DNA of 54,091 nucleotides, the filler included, from Dirinaria sp. TL-2023a (lineage: Eukaryota): the NCBI GenBank assembly GCA_051941275.1. It is 4 parts of 4 records of this genome, joined end to end, with 100 filler letters (N's around TTAATTAATTAA, not from the genome) between each part and the next. Parts side by side here need not be neighbours in the genome. Positions count along the whole stretch, not along the records: positions 1 to 13,467 come from JAVEBF010000686.1; 3 more parts are not named here. One strand, 5' to 3'. Under the pieces are notes generated by a model. The model did not search any database. It was given only the letters and a program-made list of their open reading frames with translations, and was not told the origin of the DNA. Position 1 is the stretch's first letter; each line of letters begins with the position of its first letter. Below are positions 1 through 10,930 of this stretch, in pieces. The position numbers and the translations under genes were made by a program.

Positions 1-750
1 GATGTGGAGGGTGCGAGCTGGAGGGTGCGGGCTGGGCGAGGAAGAGACGGCGGATGTCTATGGATGATTTTAACGACACCCATCACGGTTTCCCCCTCCA
101 TTGTTTCTTGGTTTTTCTTGCTTATGGACGGATTCCGCAGACATGAGAACGGCGTCAAAATACTTTATCCCCATCAGCGCATGCATGCATCTTTACACCA
201 AGGATTTGGGAAGGGGTATTGGCCCGTTTCAATCATTCTATTCATTTCAGTCATAGAAGCAGATAGAACTTTTATTAGATTAATATTACTTTAGATAGTT
301 TCAACGAACCGAATACAGTACATAATCCACTTGCTTGCCTACATACGTACACTACGCTTATTCTCATTCATTTTTTATAAAAAAAAAAAAAAAAAAAAGG
401 GGGGGGGGGAAGACGAGCAGATAATCAAGCAAGCTTCAGCTCTTTTTCATTTTTCTATTCTTTCCTTCGGCATCATTATCCTATGTATTTAAAAATCGGC
501 ATACAAATCATCTCAAATGACAAGCTAGCTACATGTACAATGACTCTTTTTTACTTAAAGAAAAAAACCCATACAATATAAAATTTTGCCCCGCCTTTGC
601 CAAAAAATGCTGCACAATTTATACACCACTTAGATCTTGGATTTATATAGAATGCCTGACTACCGTAATTTGCATGCACACTTCAGTCAACAACAAGGAA
701 TCAGAAATCAAAAATCAAACACAAAAAAAAAAAAGAAAAAAAAAAAAAAA

Positions 751-2436
751 TCATCGACTCCTCCTCCTCGGACTCGCCCCCTCACTCCTCCTCCACTCCC
801 TCGCTTCCCTAGTCCCCAAACTCCCTCCACCACCTTCAACCCGTCTCTCCCAACCCCCCAAGCGGACAACGATACAAACGGCATTATCGCCCTCCTCGGC
901 GACCTCGGTCGCGAACGCGACAACGTCCCTCGCGCCCTGCTCCGGGGTGCGGGCCTCCTTGACGATATCCACAATCTCCTGGTCGGCGACGGCGCCGCTG
1001 ACGCCGTCCGAGACGAGGACCATGAAGGCGTATTCGCTGGGGCCGAGCTCGACGCGCCGGATCTCCGGTTCGGCCGACACCCCGATCCGCTTCGAGGGCA
1101 TGTCGCCGAAGGAGCGCGTGTTTGCGAGTCCCGAAAGGCGTTCCTCGCCGAAGGAGTCCGTGACGAATGAGCCTGCGAAGCGGCGCAGGCGGGTCGCTTC
1201 CGAGGGGGTGGAGGGGTGGTGGTTCGTGGTTAGGGCTACCGAGGAGCCGTCTGCGACTCGGGAGAGGAGGATGCGCGTGTCCCCGCAGTGGGCGGTTATG
1301 AGGGTCGATGGGGTGGATGGGTGCCAGAACGGGGTTGGGGTCGGGGTGCTGATGAGCGCGGTGGAGCAGGTTGAGCCGCCTTGAAATGGTTTGGCGCTGC
1401 GCGGTTTTGTTGGGAGCGCGGGCAGGGAGGAGGAATGGGGGTTGATGTCTGAGGTGTTGATGGGCAGGTCGGCTGCTATGGAGTCGGAGTCGTCTTTGAG
1501 GAGGCGGAGCTGGGTGTTCAGGAAGTGGAGGTCGGCGTTGAGGAAGGCGTGTGTGAGCACGGTGGAGATGGTCGGTTCCGAGGCCTCGTTCGAGGACGAA
1601 AGCGCCGTGAAGGCTGGAGGTGAGAAGCGCCGGAAATAGCCCCCTACAGTCTCCCGCCATGATTTCACGAGCGACTTCTGGAGGTCCGAAGCAGATTGGT
1701 GGCCGTGTGAGGTGTTTTCTTCGATTGCAGGTGTTCCTGTGCCCCTGGAATCGGTCCTGCTTTCTCGCTTCGCCCTCTTGTCCTTGTTGCCGGTCAGAGT
1801 CGACTCTAATCCGTACTGCACTGCCGCATCTTCGATATATTCATGCAGGTGTTCCCTCAAGAATCCGCTGCACTCGGTCCCCCCGTGGCCATCGAACACC
1901 CCAAAGTAAAAGATCTGGGGATCCCCACTGGCCCCTTCGGCAGATGTACCCTCTCCATCTCCTGCGGTATCCTTCGTTTGCTCCTCCTTCTTCCTTTGGC
2001 TTTCTCTATACGCCTGCAGTGGGCTGTTGGCTGGCGCCCTCGTGAGAGTGATGGGTGCTTTCTTCGCGAAAGCTGGTAGCTCGATCACACCACTTTGGTA
2101 CGCATCTTCGTTATAGGGTCTTGTCCCACGGGATAAAGAGACTCCGAAATGGTGTTTCGCACTTCGGAGTGGTATTCGAACCACAGTCGTGTCTCTCGAG
2201 ACTCCGATCAATGGGGCAGGTGAAGGGCCTTTGTTTGAGGTATGAGGTTTAGAAGCGGCGCGAGGAAGCTGGTGAGAGGGACCGGCGGCTGACCGAGAGT
2301 CTGGGTGGAGCGATGAAGAAGGGAGATGGGTCACGAAGTAATCATGGAAAGAGCGGCAACGTTCTGGCTTGCACAAGTTATTAATCGTCTGATACGCAAG
2401 GACCTGGCGACATGGGTTGGTGCTCGCGCTGCGCAT
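751..2436 (-). CDS. PTC6: Protein phosphatase 2C family, Ptc6/Aup1-like (probably mitochondrial)
   Basis: Intronless 561-aa ORF with PP2C motifs RGTRPYNED, FGVFDGHGG, GST, AHCGDTR, LANTRSFGD, VLVSDGV and GDNA. The N-terminus is Arg/Ser-rich and poor in acidic residues, like a mitochondrial presequence. Confidence 0.85.
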   Translation of the reverse strand: MRSASTNPCRQVLAYQTINNLCKPERCRSFHDYFVTHLPSSSLHPDSRSAAGPSHQLPRAASKPHTSNKGPSPAPLIGVSRDTTVVRIPLRSAKHHFGVSLSRGTRPYNEDAYQSGVIELPAFAKKAPITLTRAPANSPLQAYRESQRKKEEQTKDTAGDGEGTSAEGASGDPQIFYFGVFDGHGGTECSGFLREHLHEYIEDAAVQYGLESTLTGNKDKRAKRESRTDSRGTGTPAIEENTSHGHQSASDLQKSLVKSWRETVGGYFRRFSPPAFTALSSSNEASEPTISTVLTHAFLNADLHFLNTQLRLLKDDSDSIAADLPINTSDINPHSSSLPALPTKPRSAKPFQGGSTCSTALISTPTPTPFWHPSTPSTLITAHCGDTRILLSRVADGSSVALTTNHHPSTPSEATRLRRFAGSFVTDSFGEERLSGLANTRSFGDMPSKRIGVSAEPEIRRVELGPSEYAFMVLVSDGVSGAVADQEIVDIVKEARTPEQGARDVVAFATEVAEEGDNAVCIVVRLGGWERRVEGGGGSLGTREAREWRRSEGASPRRRSR

Positions 2437-2924
2437 CGTTGGTCCATCACCTTAGCGATGGACCTCTGCTGCTTGTAATTGCTGAAGACAGGTCAAATTG
2501 GTAACATCTCAGGCAGACTCAGCTGCGCCTATCGAATCATCTTCGTGATGAACAGCATCGAATTACGTGCTTGTACGGGGTTATTTTCTGAGGTCGATCC
2601 GGCGATTAGCGATTAGATTAGGGTTATCTCTTATTTCTGGTTTGGGCTCAAGGCGACCCCTTACGGCCTTACCCCTGAGGTCCCTTTGTCGTAGGCAGAT
2701 ATCCCACCATAACTTATTGATGAAACTCAATGGTGAACAGATTTGAAGGTGTAGAAGCAGTATTAGCATTAAATATATATCCGTCTTTCAGAAGAAATGG
2801 TTCATTTTCTTCACAAAATCTTCCATCCGAGCGCCATACTTCAATATTCGACTCAGAAAGTAAGATACAAGGTGTAAGAAGATACTGAAACAAAACATTC
2901 AATATTTTGTACATTGAACAGAAC

Positions 2925-3933
2925 CTAACGTCGCTTCTTTGGCAAGCCTTGTGCTCGCCTAGCTTCAATATCGCCCTCAGCAAGCCACTTACTCGCCTTG
3001 ACCAGCTGGATGACATTCAAAACTTGCTTCGCAGCCATGACCGGGGAGGATATCCCAGCGATTACCCATGGCCAGTAGCTGTCCATCTTGTTCGCTCGCG
3101 CAAGCTCCATTGCCCAAGCACTACCCGGGGCTGCAAAGATCGCCGATGCAGGATGCGATGGGCTACCAGGTTGAGCCGACGCCCCTGCTGTACCCTCGGT
3201 GGGCAGTAGAGATGGCGATAGTAAAGGCGAAGAGAAAGAAAGTAGATACAGCGCAATGAAAAACAGTTCGTTCAATGCGCATACCATGAACAGGACATTC
3301 TAGCGTACTGAGATCAGCCACATTTTGCATCCTTTCCAATGAGGGTCGCCGCATACCTTGTTGTTGTAGTAAAGGTACAACAATCGACTTCTGCTCTGGT
3401 CGACTTTTTTGTGGCTTTTTTCGGATCCCCCCATGGTCAACGTGGCGTACATATGCATGTAATGGCTTGCAAAATCCAGGCTTATCAAGCCTTGGAAAAT
3501 GAGAGCCCACCGAGGAAAAGCCGAGCTCAGAAACACGAGCAGGCAAGCGGTAGTGCAGCGATCAGTGACCATGTCCAGTACCGCTCCAAACCTCGTCGAC
3601 TGTTGGAAGTGCCGCGCTGCAAGACCGTCAAGGGCGTCTAGCAGGCATGATACGCTGTAGAGGAGGGAGCATGTCCTTGGATGTAGAGGCATATAATACA
3701 GGGAGGCTATGGCGAGAAATATTCGAGAATAGCCTAACACCGTTGTCAGCAGCGCCTTTCGACTATCAAGCTGGGAGTGTTGCCTTACCGATGATGTTGG
3801 GAACGAAGAGGAAGATGTTCTCTGTGGTCTTGCTTTCCCCGTCGGTCCCTTTGCGAAGGCTAAGATGGCCATTGGCGCTCCCGTTCGCTTTTGTAGCTTG
3901 CGCCGCCTGTTTTCTAGTTCTCACTCCGTTCAT
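2925..3933 (-). CDS. PIS1: CDP-diacylglycerol--inositol 3-phosphatidyltransferase (phosphatidylinositol synthase)
   Basis: Three exons (3933-3789, 3733-3357, 3299-2925) with GT-AG introns. The spliced protein reads ENIFLFVPNIIGYSR ... DALDGLAARHFQQSTRFGAVLDMVTDR (CDP-alcohol phosphotransferase motif) ... NVLFMVCALNELFF. Confidence 0.95.
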
Positions 3934-5318
3934 CCTGCAGTTGTCGAAGGTTCGGAGCAAGCGGATGAAAGTGGGAACTAAGTGACAACGCTGAGACGGC
4001 CGTCCAACATATTCAACTCCAGTAACGTCGTAATCCTTGCGCAGTAAAATCAGCGGTTGCCTGATGGAATCTGACCAAGATAAGGATCGTCGTACACCTA
4101 GAGTGCTGGAAGAAGCAATATGTGTTCAGAGGGGTGAGTCTTGGCGCACTCAATCGTATGGCCAAACCTCGTATCACGCAGCCTCACTTTGGAGCTTGAA
4201 GTAGTACAGAAAAGCTCCTGGGGAGATTAAGGCAGACAGGACTTTTTAGATTATTCAGAAATTAAGGTAGAGTATGGCGTACGAGTAATACTTTAGTACG
4301 CGTAGCTGATCGGAACATCAAATCTCCGACGGCCATAATCCATCTTATCTTTTAGCCACGTTATCTGATGCAATCCGCTTCTTTACCTAAACTACTCCGT
4401 ACTTTCACACTTCTCGATCTTATCGATCAGCAATGGTAGGGCCACACTGACTGACGCTCTGACTCAGATTAATCATCAGGTAGCAACGTGCATCATCAGG
4501 TAGTCAATTGAGAAGAAAGCTTCTATCATTTGCATGGACCATGATGCAACAGATGAGCTCATAATCATTGAATTACATCTCAAGATTGCATGTAGGGCTT
4601 GATTCAGGGTTGCCTACCCAATATGATACTTGAAATCTGAGGTGCTCTTCGAATTCCCTCGGAGTGCTTCCGATCGCACGGTCCGACTCTTGGACTGATC
4701 TAGCAGCATATCGGTTCATGTTCGCCATTACTCTTCCGATGTTCTTACCATGGTCAATCCATCTTTGACAATTTGTCAATTTGACGATATCTCTTTAATA
4801 CTGTTGGTCTTGAGATGCGGATGTGCTTGAACTTAGCGCTCTACCAGAGCATAGGATCAAGGATGCCAATAAAATACTGGCGAGTGCGAAGGAGCTTCGT
4901 ATACGATAAAACCCTTTGTTCTTTAATGAAAACCCAAGATTCTGACGCTGACAACTCATAGCCCGATATTACTTCTAAAGAGACTCCTTATAAAGGAGCT
5001 TTACCGTAGAACGGAAGCAAGGGCAAGCCAGCATCAATACAGGTCTGACATAAAAGGGAGCGCATATGGATGTTGCTTTGCTGTCTGAAAAGCGAGGGTC
5101 GGAAGCCACGTCAGTATGGAACTAAACATACCTACTGAGATAGCCTTAAAATACATGTGAATGCATGTCAGGAAATTGTCAACGATATGGAGCCGGATAT
5201 ATGAAGCCCAATTCCATGCTTCTGAAGCTATACGGTCAATAAAGTGTGGTACCTAAAGGGCCTCCATAAATCGATAAATGCTCAAAAGGTCATCCGTTCA
5301 CACCGTTCGGCGCAGATT

Positions 5319-7062
5319 CTAGGTAGGAGCCATTGACCAGCCCAAGCCAAGGGCATTCCTGTCCAAGATTTGACCATTGTCAGATATTAGCGGCGATGCA
5401 CTCCATGAATGATCGGACGGGGTCCCCGCGTGCTGGTACTCGAAAGAAGCAGGCGGATAACGCTCGGCTCTCCCTCGAAGGGCAAGCTCATGCATCGGTG
5501 TAGCAGAAGACGCTGACGCGTCATAGCCAGGAGACGGTGGGATGCTGGAGGCCAATGATTGGAACTGAGGTGTAGGAACCCCGTTAGCCCCAAGGACATA
5601 GCCAGATACGGTACGTTTATTGCGAGTCCCCATATCCTCGCGCAAAGCTTTCACGGTCTTTTTCATCTCACGCCAAAGTTCGTAGTCGTCAAGGTCACTA
5701 TCGTTATCATCATCGCCACCTCCACAAGCAATGAAATCAGACCGACGTCGGGCAATGGTCAGTAGTGTAGCAACGAAGGCTTCCTTGAGATACGCGAAGC
5801 TAAACTCCTGAGTGATGCCAGCGATGGCAGGACAAAGCTTCCTCGGGAATTTGATAGCCGGCTTGTTCTTGAGCTTTTTGCGCCAGTATTGGCAGTACAA
5901 AACTCGCTCCTCGCTAGATGGAAGTGGAAAGAGATATTTCCGGTCAAAACGACTGGGTCGGCTTGAAAGGCCAGGGTCCAGCTGGTCTAGATGATTCGTA
6001 CTCGCAACCTGAAGCTGGATGTCAGCATTGTCATTGCCAGGTATCTGAGCAACTTACAATGAAAATACCATCGTTGTTTTGCAGGCCGTCAACTTCATTG
6101 AAGAAGTAACTACGACTGCCAAGTGTGACGATGGTGTCAATATCCTCAAGAATGAGCATACAGGGAGAATATGAGCGCGCCAAGGCAAAAATATTGCCTA
6201 TGTCATAGGTTCTCGGCGCAGACTTGACGTATAGACAAGGGATTGGTGCCTCACGCTCAGCGCTCAAAGAGTGCATCAATGCTTTAATCGAAATCGTCTT
6301 TCCATTACCTAGCATCAGTCTCATAAGCAAATGATTAGAACCATCAAATGCGACCTCCTCACCTGCAGGACCGTGGAAAATCACGCCTCGTTTCCAGGGT
6401 ACACCAAGGTCGTCGTAGATGTCCTTACTATCGAAGAATTTCCGCATTAGATCTACCAAGGTCTTTTTCATGTCTTCGTCCAGGATGACGTCGTCCCAAC
6501 GAGCTTTTTGCACCTCGTCCCACAATTGGCGGCTTGCTGACCAGTACCCATCATACACATAGATATATCGGTCATCAGGCTTCAACGCCTTACCAACTGC
6601 ATTGATGAGAGCATCTGTTACGCTCGGCTGTGACAGGGTACTCTCTCCTTCAGCTGGCTCTTTGAGTATGTAATTGAAAGTATTGAAACCTTCAGTAATG
6701 ATGTAAACGATAAAATGCTCCCTACCCCATCGGTAATGGTACTTTGCGAAGCTTCTTGCTTCAGCGAGTTGGTCGGGGATGTCACGGCGGTCATTGCCAG
6801 ACAGGAAATACCGTAGACGCTGCACACCGTCGGTCTTAGTGTCCAGCTCTGCCACGGCATGACCAAGAGCAGCGAAGGCGAGGAGATTGACGTTGCCAGC
6901 CAAGGTCACCGTAACGCACAAGTCGGGGTATTCACGTCTTAACGCTGCGAGAAGAGACGTGTGAAGGCTAGCTAACTTTCCAGAAGTGATATCCTCGTAA
7001 TCATCATAGAGCCTATGATCGCTTGAGGTACTGACAAGTGTGAACTCCTCATTACCCGACAT
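5319..7062 (-). CDS. AAA+ ATPase, single module with BCS1-like EDID Walker B; uncharacterised fungal family
   Basis: Exons 7062-6363, 6308-6058 and 6008-5319. After splicing: PWKRGVIFHGPAGNGKT (Walker A), LILEDID (Walker B) and ASTNHLDQLDPGLSSRPSRFDRK (second region of homology). Confidence 0.88.
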
Positions 7063-7835
7063 AATTTATTGACGTGAAAGTATTTCCGAGATAAAACGGA
7101 GTAGTGCGATGACCAACAACAGCAGCGTATGGACGGGATACTGACGACTAAAGCAACAACTCTAAATGTGAATAAGTCATCATATGATGGAGTACTGGTT
7201 TTTGACGGGCAGCAATGCGGTTTTGTAGCTGCCCAGTAGTACCGAATGCAATCAGCACCGCCTCAATCCCACCAACAGGACCAACATCATGGATGCTTGG
7301 CACCCTATGACTGGCACGACGCTTTGGGAGATCATGAAACAGTCTAGGTTCCTAGCGCCCAGTTGTGAGAGGCCGATGAAACATTACCTTGCTACGAAGA
7401 TGAAGTAGGTAAACGAGCTTTGAACGACCAAGGCGACCCCAGACGGTCTACGTAACTGATAAGACATCCCTGTCTCGTCTTTGTTTGATAGAGCCCTAAA
7501 AGAGCCCTAATCTCATCAATATCGATCTTCAGTGGCGAATACCACTTCACAGAGCCTTGTTCAGTTGCCATCTCCCTACGTATTACCTCACGCAACTTGG
7601 AAATCTGTTCTTATCCATGCGCCGATGCTTCATCCCGTTGAAGTTTGCATCACACGCTAGCCCCAATGCGAGCTTGCTCTATTGGCACTCTTATTGCAAG
7701 AGCTGTAGTACCAATTGCTGAGCTGGGAAGGTCTTTAATCAGCTGTGTTATGAAGACGTGGAAAACTGTTGAACAGCCTAAAGGAGTGATGAAAGTTCAC
7801 AAGTCCCAGGCTTTCCATCCCAGATTACCTTCGGC

Positions 7836-9867
7836 TCAGGCGTGCACGGTTTCTTGTGGAGCATTTGGAACTGCATCCAAAGGCGCAGCGTGGAGCGCAG
7901 GTTTTGCCTTTTTGCCCATCTTACCGCTTCTTCTTCGTTCCATTGCGTTGATTACCCAATCTGCCACCTCCTTGTCGATGAGTGGAACGCCGGAAGTTGT
8001 TTCGTCGGTACCTTCTTCAGCCGCTACTTCGTCTTCTTCCGATATTGTCGGTGGTTTCAGCAGCGGTGCAAGCCAGGCATGGCGGAGTAGAAGTGCGTAT
8101 GTAAGCCTTAGCTTCGGGATCTTGTTCAAGCAGCCACGAACAAAGTCCTTGGCAGCATCCGAGAAGCTCTCATCTGGCAAATCTGGAGGGTCACCCTCGA
8201 CAATAGCCTGTAGAGGTTAGCTTTGTAATCCTAGCTAAGACGTATGCCGAACTCACGCTCAATTGACTGAAGATGTTATCATAGGTCTCTGGTGGATAGG
8301 GATATTGCCCCATAGCACACTCGATGATACTGAGACCTAGGCTCCATATATCGCTTTGTACGCTGTATGTCCCTCCACCAGGATTGGCACCGGCCTGCGC
8401 GACCCCTCCGCTGGTGATTCGTTCCGGCGCCATATAGCTCTGACACCCAATGTTCGTTTTCGCAATGCTGGCCACGAGATTGCCACTTACTCCGAAGTCG
8501 CAGATCTTGACTTGCCCTCTTGTGTTGACGAGGATGTTTGTAGGTTTTACGTCTCGATGTATGATGTTGTGTTCATCTTTCAAAGACTTGAGGCCCATAA
8601 CTGTCGAGAAGGTGATCTTTCGGAGAACGTTTTCAGGTACACCGTCGCCATAAAGCTTGTCGATTGAGCCACCGTCCATGTACTCCATACAGATATATAC
8701 AGCTCCCTCCTGGAAGAAGGCTCCATAGAAGTCTATTATGAACGGCGATATGCAGCGGTGAAGGATGTCTAACTCCATAATAATAGCAGCGAATTTGGCT
8801 TCATCCAGCTCCAGGCGGATCTCCTTCATAGCCATGACCAGGCCTGTAGTTTTGTTACCAGAGGGCGTAGGAGGAGCAGAGGCCTCAGTCGATTCGTCTT
8901 TGTTGGACACAATCCCACCAAGACCTTGACCGGGTTTTCGCATCTGCGGCCTGCTGTGCCTGACCCTGTAGACAGTCCCGTAGTTGCCCTTTCCTAGCTC
9001 CTCTAAGTTGTCGACCTCGTCAAGCGATATGCTAAAACTAGTTCCGCTCGAAAAATCGATTCCTTTGCCATGGATTGTAGCTTTACCTTTGAACTTTAAC
9101 GTGCCTGTCTTTGTGTCCACAAATTCCGAGTACTTCTGAAACAACGAATCTGGTGGCCCGCCACCAGATTTTTGCGCAGGGCCATCGGCATCTGTGGGCC
9201 CATTGGCACCTCTTTCCTCATGCAACCCAGGTGGTGGATCTACTGGCGAAGCGGGCCCCGTAGCATCTGAAAGCTTTAATCCACCTTTGAGACCTCGCTT
9301 TGCGGCTAATCCCCCCATCTTGAGACCCGGTTGTGCCACTGGGACAGCAGGTGCAGAGCTGAAGTTTAAAGGGGAAGGTCGACCGCCTGAGGGAAGCCTG
9401 AAGCCACTGGGAATGGCCCCACCAGCCCCCAGGGTAGTTGGAGGGGACATGGGGTTCATCCCTCCGCTGGGAACGGCACCAGCTGATGTGGGTATTTGAG
9501 ACGTTGAGCCAGCTGGAGCAGGACTGCTGATGGGCATCCTAAGACTCTGCGGCGGGGGTGCACCCTGCCTCGAAAGGTGGAACGCTTTCATTTTGGCCTG
9601 CATGTCTTGCGGCAGCCCCCCTCGGGCAGATAAGGACGTTGGTGGTGGCCCAGGCCTCCGAGCAGCATTGACAGCTCCAAGCGGAGTCGACGAAGCCGAC
9701 ATGTTGCTTGTGGCATCGACTGAAGTGCGCAACGACGGGAGCTTTGGAGGAGGCGGACTTGCCGATGAAGTCGCTGGGCCTGAAGATCTAGAGTTTGGCG
9801 GAGACGCTGTGCTGTTGGAGTCGGAGGGACGCTCAGGCGAGCGCGGAACAGTAAGCGGAGAACTCAT
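7836..9867 (-). CDS. PBS2: MAP kinase kinase of the HOG pathway
   Basis: Exons 9867-8257 and 8207-7836 (49-nt intron GTGAGT...CTAAC...CAG). Kinase motifs GKGNYG, MAMKEIRLELDE, HRDVKPTN, DFG and the activation loop VASIAKTNIGCQSYMAPE; Pro-rich N-terminus. Confidence 0.95.
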
Positions 9868-10930
9868 AGCTAGGGGTTGCGTTCCAGGAGTGGGAAGAGT
9901 GGGGGAGATTTGTGGGATACGTTGATCAGCGATGTATAGACATGTCTAACTGGGGTGTAAAAAATGCGGTTTAAACTAGCCGAGGTATGAAGGAGGGAAA
10001 GCTGTCGTCATGGGGATGCAATGACGAGAGTGTCGATAATATCAATAAGGTACTTTACAGTACAGCAGTATGGGATAGTGAAGTAGGAGATGCAGATCCG
10101 GGAAGTTCGATATTGAAATTGAGGTCGCTTGGAAACGTGGCTCAGCCCGAAAGAGTGGCGCGCGTCTTTTCTGGCTCCGACGCCGATGGGATGAGCAGGC
10201 GGGGGGGGGAGACTGGAGAGAGACCGAGAGGGGAAAAGGGTTGGCAAGATGCAGCCGGCAACAGCACAAACGGCGCACGGGGACGCTGTGCTGACTTCTG
10301 ACTGCTTCTGACTGCAGTGCCCTGCAGTGGCTGCAGTGCATTGTTATGTATCTTGGCGCCGCATCTTATCGAAAAACCGGATTGCTGATTTCCCGTCCGG
10401 CAGCCCAGACATCAAACGTAATGTGGCAGATCATCCAATTAACTCCGACTTTCCCCCGCCATCCAAAAAGCTTGCCAAGCTCGCCAAGATTTCCAAGCGA
10501 AAGTCTCCAAGCCTTTTCGACGCAAACCCTCCAACAAATGATCAGTATATCAACCGCTCGATTGCTCGGCGCATCTCATTCTCGCCGGTTGTCGGAGCCA
10601 GACTCTCGTTTGCTTATTCTGCAGCACGGAGAACTTATCCTCCCTCCTTTATGCGCAATTGTCTTACATACTGTCACCACCTTCTGAAATGGATATCCAG
10701 CGTCCCCTTGGTTAAAAGGAGCGACAATTCTTCCGGTCGTATCATGATCGATTCATCTCCTGTACGACACTACTACTTTGGAGGGATAACTATACAGCCG
10801 TTGTAGAACACGAATTACAAGAGCTGGGATACACACTCGACTTGGCAGTTTGACGCCGGGAAGCTGTGGAAGTTGCTTTGGAGGTCCTGTCGTGGCGCCT
10901 GCCAGTAACTCCTGGCTCAGATCTATCATC

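Noticed and set aside
240..750. AT-rich stretch with poly-A and poly-G runs as a possible RIP-mutated transposon
   Set aside because: No terminal repeats, target-site duplication or TE-like coding remnant; consistent with a terminator/intergenic region.
533..1384. Long + strand ORFs (283 aa and 177 aa) opposite PTC6
   Set aside because: Antisense shadows of GC-rich coding sequence that run through poly-A tracts; no motifs.
4812..4856. tRNA-like fragment on the - strand (TGGTAGAGCG...GTTCAAG)
   Set aside because: The spacing is too short, and I can find no acceptor or anticodon stem.
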